Virus record (IMG/VR): IMGVR_UViG_3300009079_000013
Strand: one strand, 5' to 3'
Origin: a virus
Length of the DNA: 64,000 bases
In this document: piece by piece, positions 41,689 to 51,234 of the stretch
Layout of the letters: each line of letters opens with the position of its first letter
How positions within the stretch are numbered: the first letter of the stretch is position 1
Notes under the pieces: model-generated
What the model was told of the DNA's origin: nothing
The model's input: only the letters and a program-made list of their open reading frames with translations
Database searches by the model: none
Translations under genes and position numbers: made by a program

Positions 41689-42444
41689 TTATTTGCTAGC
41701 ACTGGCTTTTCTAAGTGTAGATTTTTCAGAATCAGTTAAACTAGACCATCCCGTACTAGATAGTTTATCTAAAATTATATCTATTTCTATTTGATTTTTA
41801 AATTGCTTAGGCTTGGGTTTACTGTAGCTTTTAAACTTAATTGGCTCTGGTTTTTTCTTAAGTTCATCGTGCATCATATTATTTACGCCGTCTATGTTGG
41901 ATATATCTTTATCATTTACACTTTTTCTTAATGATTCTAAATGGCTTTTAAAATATTGTCTAGACATTTTAGGATAAATTGCTGTCGCTTGTTTATAATT
42001 TTTTACCCCGTTTGAGTCTAGTAAATGTTTAGATTTAATGATAGCTAGCCTGTCTGCTACTAATTCAATATTCATTAGTAAATCAACAGCTTTTTCTATA
42101 TCTATATTTGAATTATACGAGTCCCACATTACATCTTTTCCATATTTAGAATATTGATACTGATGAGACACTTCATGAAGTATTACATAAAGAGCATTTT
42201 CAATAGGTCTACTTAATATCTTATCTGCAATCACACATTTATCAGTTTTAGATATACCAGAAGCCCCGTATAATGTATCGAATCCTATTGCTTCGCATCC
42301 TGATTTTACTATATAATCTTTTAAATCATCTATTACATTATGATGATCTTTAAAAGTGTCTTTTAAAGTCTTAATAAATTGTCCTAATCCTTCTACGTTA
42401 GTTTTAGATTCAAACAATGAGAATGGTTTTATAAAGTTTTTCAT
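41689..42444 (-). CDS. HExxH metallopeptidase-like late protein with a DUF6576-like C-terminus
   Basis: LHEVSHQ..ELVAD and IDIILDKLSSTGWSSLTDSEK. Three tandem ATAAATA at 42458-42478. Confidence 0.6.
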   Translation of the reverse strand: MKNFIKPFSLFESKTNVEGLGQFIKTLKDTFKDHHNVIDDLKDYIVKSGCEAIGFDTLYGASGISKTDKCVIADKILSRPIENALYVILHEVSHQYQYSKYGKDVMWDSYNSNIDIEKAVDLLMNIELVADRLAIIKSKHLLDSNGVKNYKQATAIYPKMSRQYFKSHLESLRKSVNDKDISNIDGVNNMMHDELKKKPEPIKFKSYSKPKPKQFKNQIEIDIILDKLSSTGWSSLTDSEKSTLRKASASK

Positions 42445-42534
42445 AGATAATAACTATTATTTATTATTTATTATTTATTTAAACTATTTTACGGTATAGT
42501 GTATAATATTATAAATTATTAGTATAATATAACT

Positions 42535-43503
42535 ATGAAAAATCTAGGATACTGTTGTATAAATTTATCTCTTAAACCTAATGGCGTATCTACTAATAGA
42601 GGTATGATCAAGAGAACATTTCAAGAAAAAGGTTTACCTTACGCTAGTGAATTATCTTTAAAGAATATACTTGATTTAAAGAAAATACTAGAATGGAATG
42701 TAAAACATGACATAAAAATATTTAGAATGTCAAGTAGCCTTTTTCCATGGATGAGCGAATACAAATTTTCACAGCTACCTGATTACAAAGCTATCAAGAA
42801 AGCCTTACGCGAAGCTGGGCAATATGTACTAGATAATGATTTAAGAGTAGGGTTTCACCCAGGTCAATATTGCGTACTTCCTTCGCCTCATCATAGAGTA
42901 GTTGTTAATAGTATAAATGATCTCGATAAACATTCTGAAATATTAGATTTAATGGGTCTTCCTAAAAATCATAAATATAGTTTAAATATTCACGTAGGTG
43001 GTACTTATGGAGACAAAAAATCTTCTATAGAAAGGTTCATAGAAAACTTTAAAAAGTTATCTAAATCTACTCAAGCTCGTCTTGTTATAGAAAACGATGA
43101 TAAGGCTAGTCAATATAGCGTAGTTGATTTATACGAAGGTTTATACAAACATATAAATATTCCTATTACATTTGATTTCTTTCATCATTTATTTTGCACA
43201 GGTGGTTTGTCTCAAGAAAAAGCTGCTAAACTAGCGGCCTCAACGTGGCCAGCTAATATACGTCCACTTGCCCATTTCAGTAGTAGTAAAAAACTCAATG
43301 AAGACACTTCTGTTATGGAAAGATCTCATGCAGATTATTTATATGACAGTATACCTCAAATAGGTCAGCTTTTTGATATAGAAATAGAAGCAAAATCAAA
43401 AGAATTAGCGCTATTTAATTATGTAAAAGAGTCCCATAAAATGGAACTTAGGCCTACATTAGAATCTAAATCATTAGATACATCTTTAAAATTAAACCTA
43501 TAA
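42535..43503 (+). CDS. uvsE: UV-damage endonuclease
   Basis: LGYCCIN, FRMSS, HPGQY, IHVGG, ENDD, FDFFHH, HAD and EAKSKE. Confidence 0.93.
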   Translation: MKNLGYCCINLSLKPNGVSTNRGMIKRTFQEKGLPYASELSLKNILDLKKILEWNVKHDIKIFRMSSSLFPWMSEYKFSQLPDYKAIKKALREAGQYVLDNDLRVGFHPGQYCVLPSPHHRVVVNSINDLDKHSEILDLMGLPKNHKYSLNIHVGGTYGDKKSSIERFIENFKKLSKSTQARLVIENDDKASQYSVVDLYEGLYKHINIPITFDFFHHLFCTGGLSQEKAAKLAASTWPANIRPLAHFSSSKKLNEDTSVMERSHADYLYDSIPQIGQLFDIEIEAKSKELALFNYVKESHKMELRPTLESKSLDTSLKLNL

Positions 43504-43507
43504 TAAC

Positions 43508-43684
43508 ATGAGTGAAGAGAGAAAGATAATTTCTGAAATAGTAAAAACAGTGCTTGATAACCCAAATTATGCAGATGCAGGTAAAGAATTACATAAATAC
43601 GTAAATAAACACCTAAGCTACAGAAAAGAGATTATTATGCAATATAGAAGACTAGACAAAAACAGCGGGAAAAGTGAAGTTTAA
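43508..43684 (+). CDS. Small hypothetical protein (58 aa)
   Basis: MSEERKIISEIVKTVLDNPN... Confidence 0.5.
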   Translation: MSEERKIISEIVKTVLDNPNYADAGKELHKYVNKHLSYRKEIIMQYRRLDKNSGKSEV

Positions 43685-44213
43685 ACAAAATAGAGGAGAA
43701 TTTAGCTATAGCAATAGGAAATTTTTTAATAAGAAGAAAAAACAATCTATATTAGGAACTAAACCTGTTAAAAAATCTAAGGAAAATATACCATTGGGAG
43801 AATTCTCAAATGAAACTGATAAGGACATTAAGAAAATGTTAAATGGTTGGTATAAACCAAATTGGCTCCCTTCCGTAGAAACAGCTATTAGAAAAGGACA
43901 AAAAATAGAGGCCATAAAAATATTTAAAACAAAAGAGGATCTACGATTATCACATGCTAAAAGCACAGTAGATACATATATTGAAACTGGTAACTGGCAG
44001 CACTATCTCTTTTTAAGAAGAGGCAGATTAGATCAAGCGTTTATAAACGTAACAGGTTGCACTATTGAAAAGTTTGAAAAAGAGTATCATCTTAATAAAG
44101 AAGAGGCAGACCGTACATATGCAGATGCAAATCAACCTTTATTTACCATAGATACAGTATTAGCTGTAGCTCACGAATACGTAAATGTAATTAGAAAGGA
44201 TTCCAAATACTAA
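43674..44213 (+). CDS. Protein with a ribosomal L7/L12 C-terminal-like motif
   Basis: GQKIEAIKIFKTKEDLRLSHAKSTVD. Confidence 0.5.
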   Translation: MKFKQNRGEFSYSNRKFFNKKKKQSILGTKPVKKSKENIPLGEFSNETDKDIKKMLNGWYKPNWLPSVETAIRKGQKIEAIKIFKTKEDLRLSHAKSTVDTYIETGNWQHYLFLRRGRLDQAFINVTGCTIEKFEKEYHLNKEEADRTYADANQPLFTIDTVLAVAHEYVNVIRKDSKY

Positions 44214-44224
44214 AAAATATTAAA

Positions 44225-44566
44225 ATGAGAAAGACACTGCAAAAAATAGCATGGAAAACAAATAAGTGGTCTATTAAAATAAGTCTACTTAATATTTATT
44301 TAGGTGGAGATAATCATAAATTTGGATTTCAAATACTTAACATAGATAACTCGCGTTCCTTTTGGTCTGGATCTTTATTTGAAATCACTTGGTATTTTCC
44401 AACAGTTACGCATGCTGGAGAACTAATAATTGATATTTTATTTTTATTTAAAAAATGGAATACTTGGTGCATTGATATGGACGAAAGAGTTTTATGGGGC
44501 TCAGGTCTCAGCAAATGGGAAAGAGTTAATAGATATGTTCACAATAAATTAAACCAATTAAGATGA
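44225..44566 (+). CDS. Trp-rich hypothetical protein
   Basis: 113-aa ORF. Confidence 0.55.
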   Translation: MRKTLQKIAWKTNKWSIKISLLNIYLGGDNHKFGFQILNIDNSRSFWSGSLFEITWYFPTVTHAGELIIDILFLFKKWNTWCIDMDERVLWGSGLSKWERVNRYVHNKLNQLR

Positions 44567-44700
44567 GTAAAGGAGAAATAAAACAATTAGCAGAAGAAAT
44601 TAGTTTCAGATTATTAGCTACAAGAAAACATCCAGAACATGAATGGTTAATCAAGAGATTAAATAAGGCTATTAATGAAAAATCAAAAGAATATGAGTAG
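44563..44700 (+). CDS. Small hypothetical protein (45 aa)
   Basis: MSKGEIKQLAEEISF...; ATGA overlap with the previous gene. Confidence 0.45.
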   Translation: MSKGEIKQLAEEISFRLLATRKHPEHEWLIKRLNKAINEKSKEYE

Positions 44701-44950
44701 AATAAACACAATGGGTATAAATCCCAAAGACGGTGATCCAGTGGAGGTATGTTATGGATATGACAGTGTTCCTGGATTCACCTCAGGTTACTTTTTTCAA
44801 GTCTTTAGTAGTAATGAAGAAGACATAGCAAATGATCCCTCGGGTGAAGGAATGATTGTTAATGAAGGTTTCCTAGAAGGAATATCTAAACAACAATTAT
44901 TGTCTATAGCTACTAGGTACTCGGTTACTTTAAATTTTAAAAATGTATGA
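44693..44950 (+). CDS. Hypothetical protein
   Basis: YGYDSVPG..GYFFQV. Confidence 0.55.
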   Translation: MSRINTMGINPKDGDPVEVCYGYDSVPGFTSGYFFQVFSSNEEDIANDPSGEGMIVNEGFLEGISKQQLLSIATRYSVTLNFKNV

Positions 44951-45201
44951 TAGGTTACTTAACTCAAACTAAGCAACAGAGGCATGTAAAAGGGGTAATT
45001 AAAAAACTACTTAAGAGGTTTCCTCCTCATGGAAAAAAACACACTTCTTTTCTTTATAAATTGCTTGAAGAGAGACTAATAAGTTCTGAAATGGCCGTTG
45101 TCTTAACTCATATAATAGAAAATCCGGATATCAAATATAAAATATTCTCCAATGGTACGTTATCTATAAATAAAAAAAGGGAATCCGAAGATTCCCTTTA
45201 A
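44947..45201 (+). CDS. Hypothetical basic protein
   Basis: ATGA overlap with the previous gene. Confidence 0.5.
   Translation: MIGYLTQTKQQRHVKGVIKKLLKRFPPHGKKHTSFLYKLLEERLISSEMAVVLTHIIENPDIKYKIFSNGTLSINKKRESEDSL
45172..45199 (-). terminator. Terminator of the major capsid gene (UUCG loop)
   Basis: On the minus strand: AAAGGGAATC-TTCG-GATTCCC-TTTTTTT. Confidence 0.88.
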
Positions 45202-45223
45202 TATTATAACTTCTCGGTTAAAA

Positions 45224-46918
45224 TTAAACTGAAGCGTTAGAAGGAGCTGCTCCACCTGTAAGTGTAGCTAAATCTCCGATAACGTCCATGTTAACATACT
45301 GAGTTTCTGGATGCCATCCAGCTTCAGTGATTGCGTAACGTGACTTCATTCCAATTTTTGGTGAGAAAGTACCTTCTGAAATAGTCTGTAAAGACTCAGC
45401 CATAATATATGGTAAGAATTTAACACCTGGTTCTTCGTCAGATCCTTTACGTCCGATAGTAATTCGAGAATCACCGAATCTTAAGTTAGGATCAACGTAT
45501 ACTTGAACACCATAGACTTTACCAGCTGGGTATAAGTTACCAGCAACACCGCCCATATCAGATGGAGCTTGTGCAATTGAGTAACCAGCAACATCAGCTA
45601 ATGCAGATGCAACTCTACCGTTAGTAATCATGAATGTACCAGCACCGAATCTACCTCTATGGTAAATTAAGTTTGCTAATTCAAGAACCTTAGTAACTAA
45701 TCTTCTTTGAATTGTAGATACGTTTTCAAAACCACCAACACCAGCGTTTAAGTCTAATGTAGTAATTCCAGCACCTTCAACGTTAGTTACTTCCGTATTA
45801 TGGTCAGCAGCTAAAGTAAAGATTCTGTCAACTAATCTTTTGTTGATAGACTGTGCAAGTTCGTTAACTGCAACGTTCTCTAACATAGAGATTACGTCGA
45901 AGTTCCAAACTCGGTTAAGATCTTGAATCTGCTCAACAGATGCTGAGATAGATACTTGATCACCTTTTGCTTCAACAAATTTAGTAAACATTCTAAGACC
46001 CATTTGTCTGAATCTAGATAGTTCTCCTTGCTCTCTTGACATTGAGTCAGGAATCTGACCGTTAGTGTCTGTAAAGTAAGGTCCAGTGAAATCTTCTGTT
46101 GCATAATTTTCATCAGCAACTGAAGTAAATCCTGAGATATGGTTTTCTAAAGCTGAAACTAAAGAAACACCTACTGAAGTAGTAGCTGGATCTAAGTCAA
46201 TAGCTCCTAAACCTGCTGCTGCGGCACCACCACATGCAGTCATTGTGTTACCAGTGTTGATTAAATCAGCTGTAACATTTACAGCGGCACCACCATCATC
46301 AAGAACTTTAAGGATCAATTGACCATCAACTCTTGAGAATCCTACAAATCTGTATGTACCAGCGGTAGTACCACCAGCGAATACAGTATCTGCAGTATCA
46401 ATAGCAGGAACTGTTGCGAAGTCATCAACTGTGATTCCTTCTAATTTAACCATATATGGTTCAAAATCTGTATCTGTTCTACCACCGGCATATAAATAAT
46501 CCAAGTAAGGTAAGAACCCAACCGGAGAATCCATAGGAACAACGGGAACAAGATCAAATCCGATCGTTTTTGCAGCTACTTGAATAGCAACTGGAAGTAA
46601 CGATGGAAACTTATCTCCAGAACCAGAATCGGCATACGAACCTTTAACACCAGCATCTGAAAAAGGTGTCTGACCAGGTGTTGGAGCAACAGCGTTACCC
46701 ATACCTAATACAGAACCTGGTTGTTGAAAAAACAACCCAGGTGCAGTTTGCTCAAAGAGAGGAGCGCTATTATCAAAAATAGCATGGTTATGCGCATATT
46801 CTGCTAACCATTCTTGTCTCCCACTATCAGCTGTTACACCATGGCTTTCAAGCATTGGCTTCCAAGTATCGAGGATTCTAGAATCTGAAGTACGTTTAAA
46901 AACTTTTGTACGTGACAT
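45224..46918 (-). CDS. Major capsid protein (T4 gp23-like)
   Basis: W.PMLE, DLVPVVPMDSPVG, EQIQDL, ELAQSIN, VYVDP, FLPY and FSPKIGMKSRYA. Confidence 0.92.
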   Translation of the reverse strand: MSRTKVFKRTSDSRILDTWKPMLESHGVTADSGRQEWLAEYAHNHAIFDNSAPLFEQTAPGLFFQQPGSVLGMGNAVAPTPGQTPFSDAGVKGSYADSGSGDKFPSLLPVAIQVAAKTIGFDLVPVVPMDSPVGFLPYLDYLYAGGRTDTDFEPYMVKLEGITVDDFATVPAIDTADTVFAGGTTAGTYRFVGFSRVDGQLILKVLDDGGAAVNVTADLINTGNTMTACGGAAAAGLGAIDLDPATTSVGVSLVSALENHISGFTSVADENYATEDFTGPYFTDTNGQIPDSMSREQGELSRFRQMGLRMFTKFVEAKGDQVSISASVEQIQDLNRVWNFDVISMLENVAVNELAQSINKRLVDRIFTLAADHNTEVTNVEGAGITTLDLNAGVGGFENVSTIQRRLVTKVLELANLIYHRGRFGAGTFMITNGRVASALADVAGYSIAQAPSDMGGVAGNLYPAGKVYGVQVYVDPNLRFGDSRITIGRKGSDEEPGVKFLPYIMAESLQTISEGTFSPKIGMKSRYAITEAGWHPETQYVNMDVIGDLATLTGGAAPSNASV

Positions 46919-46935
46919 TTTCTAATTGATTTTTT

Positions 46936-48933
46936 TTATTTTTTGCGGCTTTCCGCATTTCTCATAAGAGAATCTATATAAGTCTGAGAGTAACCTCTCG
47001 TCATATCAACTACCCGGTTTACTGGGATTGCACCTTCTGTACTTTGGCTCTCGTTGATTTGTTGTAATTTTCTATTTGCTTTTTCTCTTTCTACTCTTTC
47101 GTTAACTCCTCTGAAATCTATTTCATCCCAGAAAGATTTAACTTGATATGGAGTGTTCAAGTTGTAAAGTTGAGTTTTAGTATGAATACGATTCTGTTCA
47201 GCTTCGTTCATATTACCCCAATCTGCTTTGTATTCGTTTGGCATATATTTAATATGATTAGGAATAGCTTTATTAACGTTTTCAACAATTGCTGAAATAA
47301 TACTTGTTACATCAGCTTCGTTAAACCATACTGAAGCGTTTGTTGCTTCAACAACGGCTTGTTTAATGTTAGTATCTAAGTTATAGAAAGCGTCTTTCTT
47401 TTCTTGAGACAATACTTTTAAGAAAGGATATTTATTTTCTAATACAGCTGTTGCTGAGTTATTCTTTACAGTTTTTATTACTTCGTCAATTCCTTGAGTG
47501 ATCGTTTCAATCTGCTGACTTTCATTTAATCCAGATACTTTATTTAGTAATCCTTTATTAGATGAAAACTTTCCACTGTTTAAAGATTCTGCAATATATT
47601 CAGCATAACTAATCCCTTTTGAAGATTTTTCAGCTACATATTCAACATATTCTCTATTTAATTGTGAATTTTCAGCAATATATTCAGAAAACTGAATTCC
47701 TTTATTAGCACCTTCTGCTACATATTCAGTGTATTGAATACCTTTATCTACTTCTTCAGCTAAATATGATTGGTAATTAATACTCTTGTTTAAGTTCTCT
47801 TTTAAATAATCTTGGTAATTAATGCTCTTATTTAGATTTTCACCTAAGTAATTTTGATAATTTAAACTTTGATTAAGTTTTTCTCCTAAGTAATTTTGAT
47901 ATTCAATACCATTATTAGTAGTTTCAGCAACATGCTCAGTATATTTAACTGACTGATTTAATTTACTTGATAAATAATCAGTATATTTAGTTAAATTCTC
48001 AACTTTCTCAGCTAGGTAATTAACATATTTTCCCACGCCTGATGTTGGTGAAACTTCAACTGAATTAGTTTCTTTTGAAACAGATTCATTAACTGTTTTA
48101 AGAGCAGCCATTTCGTTTTGAATAGATTCAAATTTTTCTTTAACTATCTCAGTATAATGATTCATATCATTTTTATTAACATACTCGTTCATTTTGCTTT
48201 TATTATTTTGATTGCTTAAACTATTAGCTAGCTTGTTATTATTTTTGTTATTTATCTTGTAAAATTTATAATTATTTGAAAAATTTAAATTTTCAGATAT
48301 ATCTTCTAATCTTTCTTTATTTATAAAGGAGTTTTCTTTTAATAAACTGTAATTTTCAGTTATCATATCGAAATTAGTCTTTAAGGATTCATTCACTGTT
48401 TTCTTTAAAACTGCTTCGGTAAATCCAGGCTCAGCAACCAGGTCATATGTAAAAATTCTATGAAGTTTTACTTTACCTTCATTTAGTACTTGTCCTGCTG
48501 CTCTGGAAGAAACTGATATATTAACACCTCCGTCGATAAGAGCTTTAGCTATTTTACCATTAGGCGTATTTTCTAAAATTCTAAGCTTAATGTTTACTTT
48601 ATCTCCTCCATCATGTGTTAATCCTTCTATTATATGAGAAGCACTTTTAAGAGTTACTTCAAAAGAAGGTGGATGATCTAAATCTCCAACTAGTTGTCTA
48701 GTTTTTATCTTTTCATTTAAATATTGTAAATGTGGAAGATATTCCTCTTTTTCATAAACACGTTGATTATTATTCTTTTGTCCAAAGACTGCGCATACTC
48801 CTTCGAGTATCGTGTTATTTACACCGTTACTTTTGACACTTAATTTTTCACCTACGTTTTCGACGATTAATACTATATCATCTCCGCTTGTGTTTTCTAT
48901 GAAACTACTTGGTTTTAGATTTGAACTATTCAC
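46936..48933 (-). CDS. Prohead protease (gp21-like) fused to a scaffold/core domain
   Basis: KNNNQRVY, GDLDHP, NTPNGKIAK, VSSRAAG and TYDLVAEPGF. TATAAATA at 48952-48959. Confidence 0.88.
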   Translation of the reverse strand: MNSSNLKPSSFIENTSGDDIVLIVENVGEKLSVKSNGVNNTILEGVCAVFGQKNNNQRVYEKEEYLPHLQYLNEKIKTRQLVGDLDHPPSFEVTLKSASHIIEGLTHDGGDKVNIKLRILENTPNGKIAKALIDGGVNISVSSRAAGQVLNEGKVKLHRIFTYDLVAEPGFTEAVLKKTVNESLKTNFDMITENYSLLKENSFINKERLEDISENLNFSNNYKFYKINNKNNNKLANSLSNQNNKSKMNEYVNKNDMNHYTEIVKEKFESIQNEMAALKTVNESVSKETNSVEVSPTSGVGKYVNYLAEKVENLTKYTDYLSSKLNQSVKYTEHVAETTNNGIEYQNYLGEKLNQSLNYQNYLGENLNKSINYQDYLKENLNKSINYQSYLAEEVDKGIQYTEYVAEGANKGIQFSEYIAENSQLNREYVEYVAEKSSKGISYAEYIAESLNSGKFSSNKGLLNKVSGLNESQQIETITQGIDEVIKTVKNNSATAVLENKYPFLKVLSQEKKDAFYNLDTNIKQAVVEATNASVWFNEADVTSIISAIVENVNKAIPNHIKYMPNEYKADWGNMNEAEQNRIHTKTQLYNLNTPYQVKSFWDEIDFRGVNERVEREKANRKLQQINESQSTEGAIPVNRVVDMTRGYSQTYIDSLMRNAESRKK
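47578..48027 (-). repeat. About 11 copies of a 14-aa (42-bp) repeat in the scaffold region
   Basis: YxxYLxExLNKxIx repeats, for example YQNYLGEKLNQSLN and YQDYLKENLNKSIN. Confidence 0.85.
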
Positions 48934-48998
48934 ACAGATTCTATTTTTTATTATTTATAAGGAAAAATGGTATAAAAAACAATAAACCGATATCATCT

Positions 48999-49949
48999 TT
49001 ACCCTTTAGATAGTATTTTTTTAAGATCTTCTTTATCTCTATCCGTTAGTTTGTCCAGATCAGGAGCATTCACTACTAAAGTAGCTATATAATCTCCTAT
49101 TCTATTTTTAGAGTTTACTACTCCATTTCCTTTTACTGTAAATTTTAATGAGCTCAAATTCTTAGGGTTAGTTATATCTATCTTGTACTTTTTTCCTAAT
49201 ATTGAATCAACTACATAGTTTCTTTCCTTACTAAATAGTGCTGTATATAAATCAATATTAATATCTTCTAATATATTTCCATTATCAAAGCTAAAGCTAG
49301 CAGATGCTGTTATTTCTATGGTAACTATTAAATCTCCTATTGCATAGAAATCTTCTTCTTTTCCATATAGAGTTTTTCTCTTTCCACTAGACTCGTCTCC
49401 CATACCTCCTATATTTAGGACTATACAATATGAGCCTGCTATTTTTCGTATGTCATATTTTCTTTTTCGTAAATTAATTTTAATTTTTATATCTTTATTT
49501 TCAATATCTCCATTCATTAATTTCCTATTAAATGAGATGGTTATTTCTTTATTTTCAAAAAGCGACTTTATATCAGATTTTACATTTTTTCTAATATGTA
49601 GCTTATTTATGTTAAAGGAAGATTCTCTAAAACTAGTATTTTTTATGAAATCATCAAATCCTCCGAAACCTGTTGAATTTCCTCCAAATCCATTAAAGCC
49701 CGTTCCTTGAAAATGACTTTTTCTAGAGTTATCGTAACTTTTTCTTTTTTTAGAATCTCCCAATGTGTCATATGCTTCAGCAACTTCCTTAAATCTTTCT
49801 TCGTGAGTTTTGCTTTCTTTGTTTTTATCAGGATGATACTTCTTGGCTAGTTTTCTATATGAAGATTTTATATCATCCTGCGTTGCATTTTCTGATACTT
49901 CTAATGTGGTATAATAGTTTTTATTCAAATCTTTTATTTTTTGAAACAA
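48999..49949 (-). CDS. dnaJ: DnaJ-class co-chaperone without zinc finger
   Basis: [21 protein letters not shown], a G/F-rich region and a C-terminal domain. Confidence 0.88.
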   Translation of the reverse strand: MFQKIKDLNKNYYTTLEVSENATQDDIKSSYRKLAKKYHPDKNKESKTHEERFKEVAEAYDTLGDSKKRKSYDNSRKSHFQGTGFNGFGGNSTGFGGFDDFIKNTSFRESSFNINKLHIRKNVKSDIKSLFENKEITISFNRKLMNGDIENKDIKIKINLRKRKYDIRKIAGSYCIVLNIGGMGDESSGKRKTLYGKEEDFYAIGDLIVTIEITASASFSFDNGNILEDINIDLYTALFSKERNYVVDSILGKKYKIDITNPKNLSSLKFTVKGNGVVNSKNRIGDYIATLVVNAPDLDKLTDRDKEDLKKILSKG

Positions 49950-49999
49950 TATTGTAAAAATATTGTATAAAATAATATATCTTATAATTATATATTATT

Positions 50000-50608
50000 A
50001 TGACAAATACTTTATCTAAGTTTAAAGATATACATAAAGGAAAGTCTGCAATAGTGTGCGGATGTGGTGTGTCGTTAGACATAATGAAAGATCACTATAA
50101 AGATATTATTACGATAGGTGTAAACGATGTTCCTAAATTATTTATGCCTACTTATTTAGTAGTAACGGATCACCCTCAAAGGTTCGCAATTCCTAGAAGA
50201 AAGCTTGTAATGGAATCTACGTGTAAAGCTTTATTTACATGTGTAAAAGGCTGGAAAAATAGAAACTTAGTTTCATTTGACTTAGGTTCCAGGAGATTAG
50301 CTAATTTAGATTCAGATAACAAGGTTGATTTTTGCTTAAATTCACCATATGTAGCTACTGGAATTGCTTATAAAATGGGGTTTACTAAAATAGGATTAAT
50401 TGGTGTTGATTTTACAGCAAATCATTTCTATGCAAAAGATGGACATCATCCTCTGACTCAAATGAAAAAAATAAAACAGGTCAACGAAGGATATGGCGTG
50501 TTAAAAAGTGAATTACTAAAGAGAGGAGTAGAATTTTACAATTTAAGTAGTAAAAGTAACATTACTTCTATTCCAAAAATAGACATAGAAAAATTTAAGA
50601 TGCTATGA
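50000..50608 (+). CDS. DUF115/Maf/GT42-like putative nonulosonate transferase
   Basis: AIVCGCGVSL, IGVND and NSPYVATGIAYKMGFTKIGLIGVDF. Confidence 0.6.
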   Translation: MTNTLSKFKDIHKGKSAIVCGCGVSLDIMKDHYKDIITIGVNDVPKLFMPTYLVVTDHPQRFAIPRRKLVMESTCKALFTCVKGWKNRNLVSFDLGSRRLANLDSDNKVDFCLNSPYVATGIAYKMGFTKIGLIGVDFTANHFYAKDGHHPLTQMKKIKQVNEGYGVLKSELLKRGVEFYNLSSKSNITSIPKIDIEKFKML

Positions 50609-51234
50609 AGATAATAATACCAGCTAGACGAAATTCAAAAGGTTTGCCCTTTAAAAATAGAAAGTTGTTTAATTATACAGCTAATATTATACCAGACGTA
50701 TATAAGCACCTTACTTATGTAGTTACAGACGATGAAGTGATATTAAAGGAATCTTTAAAGTATGGATTTAACACAATAAATAGAATACCTGAGATGTCAC
50801 TGGATGTGACTTCCACTAAGACTACAGTTCAATACGCTATTGATGAGATAGGTATAGAGAACGAAGATGTTATCGTGTTATATTTGACATATCCTGAAAG
50901 AAATTGGGATCACATAGACATGGCATATTCGATGTTTAAACTAAATCGTAATCAGTCATCACTTCTTTGTAAGAAGAAAATAGATACAAGTCCGTTTTTA
51001 ATGTTAAAGCAGGAAAAAGGCAATAGGGGATCTCAACTATTCTATCACGACCTATATAGAAGACAAGATTATCCTACTTGTTTTGAGATAAGTCATTATA
51101 TATGTATATTCAATAGTAATAAGATAAATAATTTAAATAATAACATGTATAATAACGATACAATATATTATGACATTGATAATGTAATAGATGTAGATGA
51201 AAAAAAAGATTTAGACCGTTTTGAAGAAAGATGA
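50605..51234 (+). CDS. neuA: Acylneuraminate cytidylyltransferase (NeuA-like)
   Basis: IIPARRNSKGLPFKN, VTDD, RRQD and IDVD. Confidence 0.82.
   Translation: MKIIIPARRNSKGLPFKNRKLFNYTANIIPDVYKHLTYVVTDDEVILKESLKYGFNTINRIPEMSLDVTSTKTTVQYAIDEIGIENEDVIVLYLTYPERNWDHIDMAYSMFKLNRNQSSLLCKKKIDTSPFLMLKQEKGNRGSQLFYHDLYRRQDYPTCFEISHYICIFNSNKINNLNNNMYNNDTIYYDIDNVIDVDEKKDLDRFEER

Noticed and set aside
47578-48027. 42-bp repeats as a CRISPR or non-coding array
   Set aside because: They are in-frame, degenerate at the DNA level and have no spacers, so they are protein repeats.
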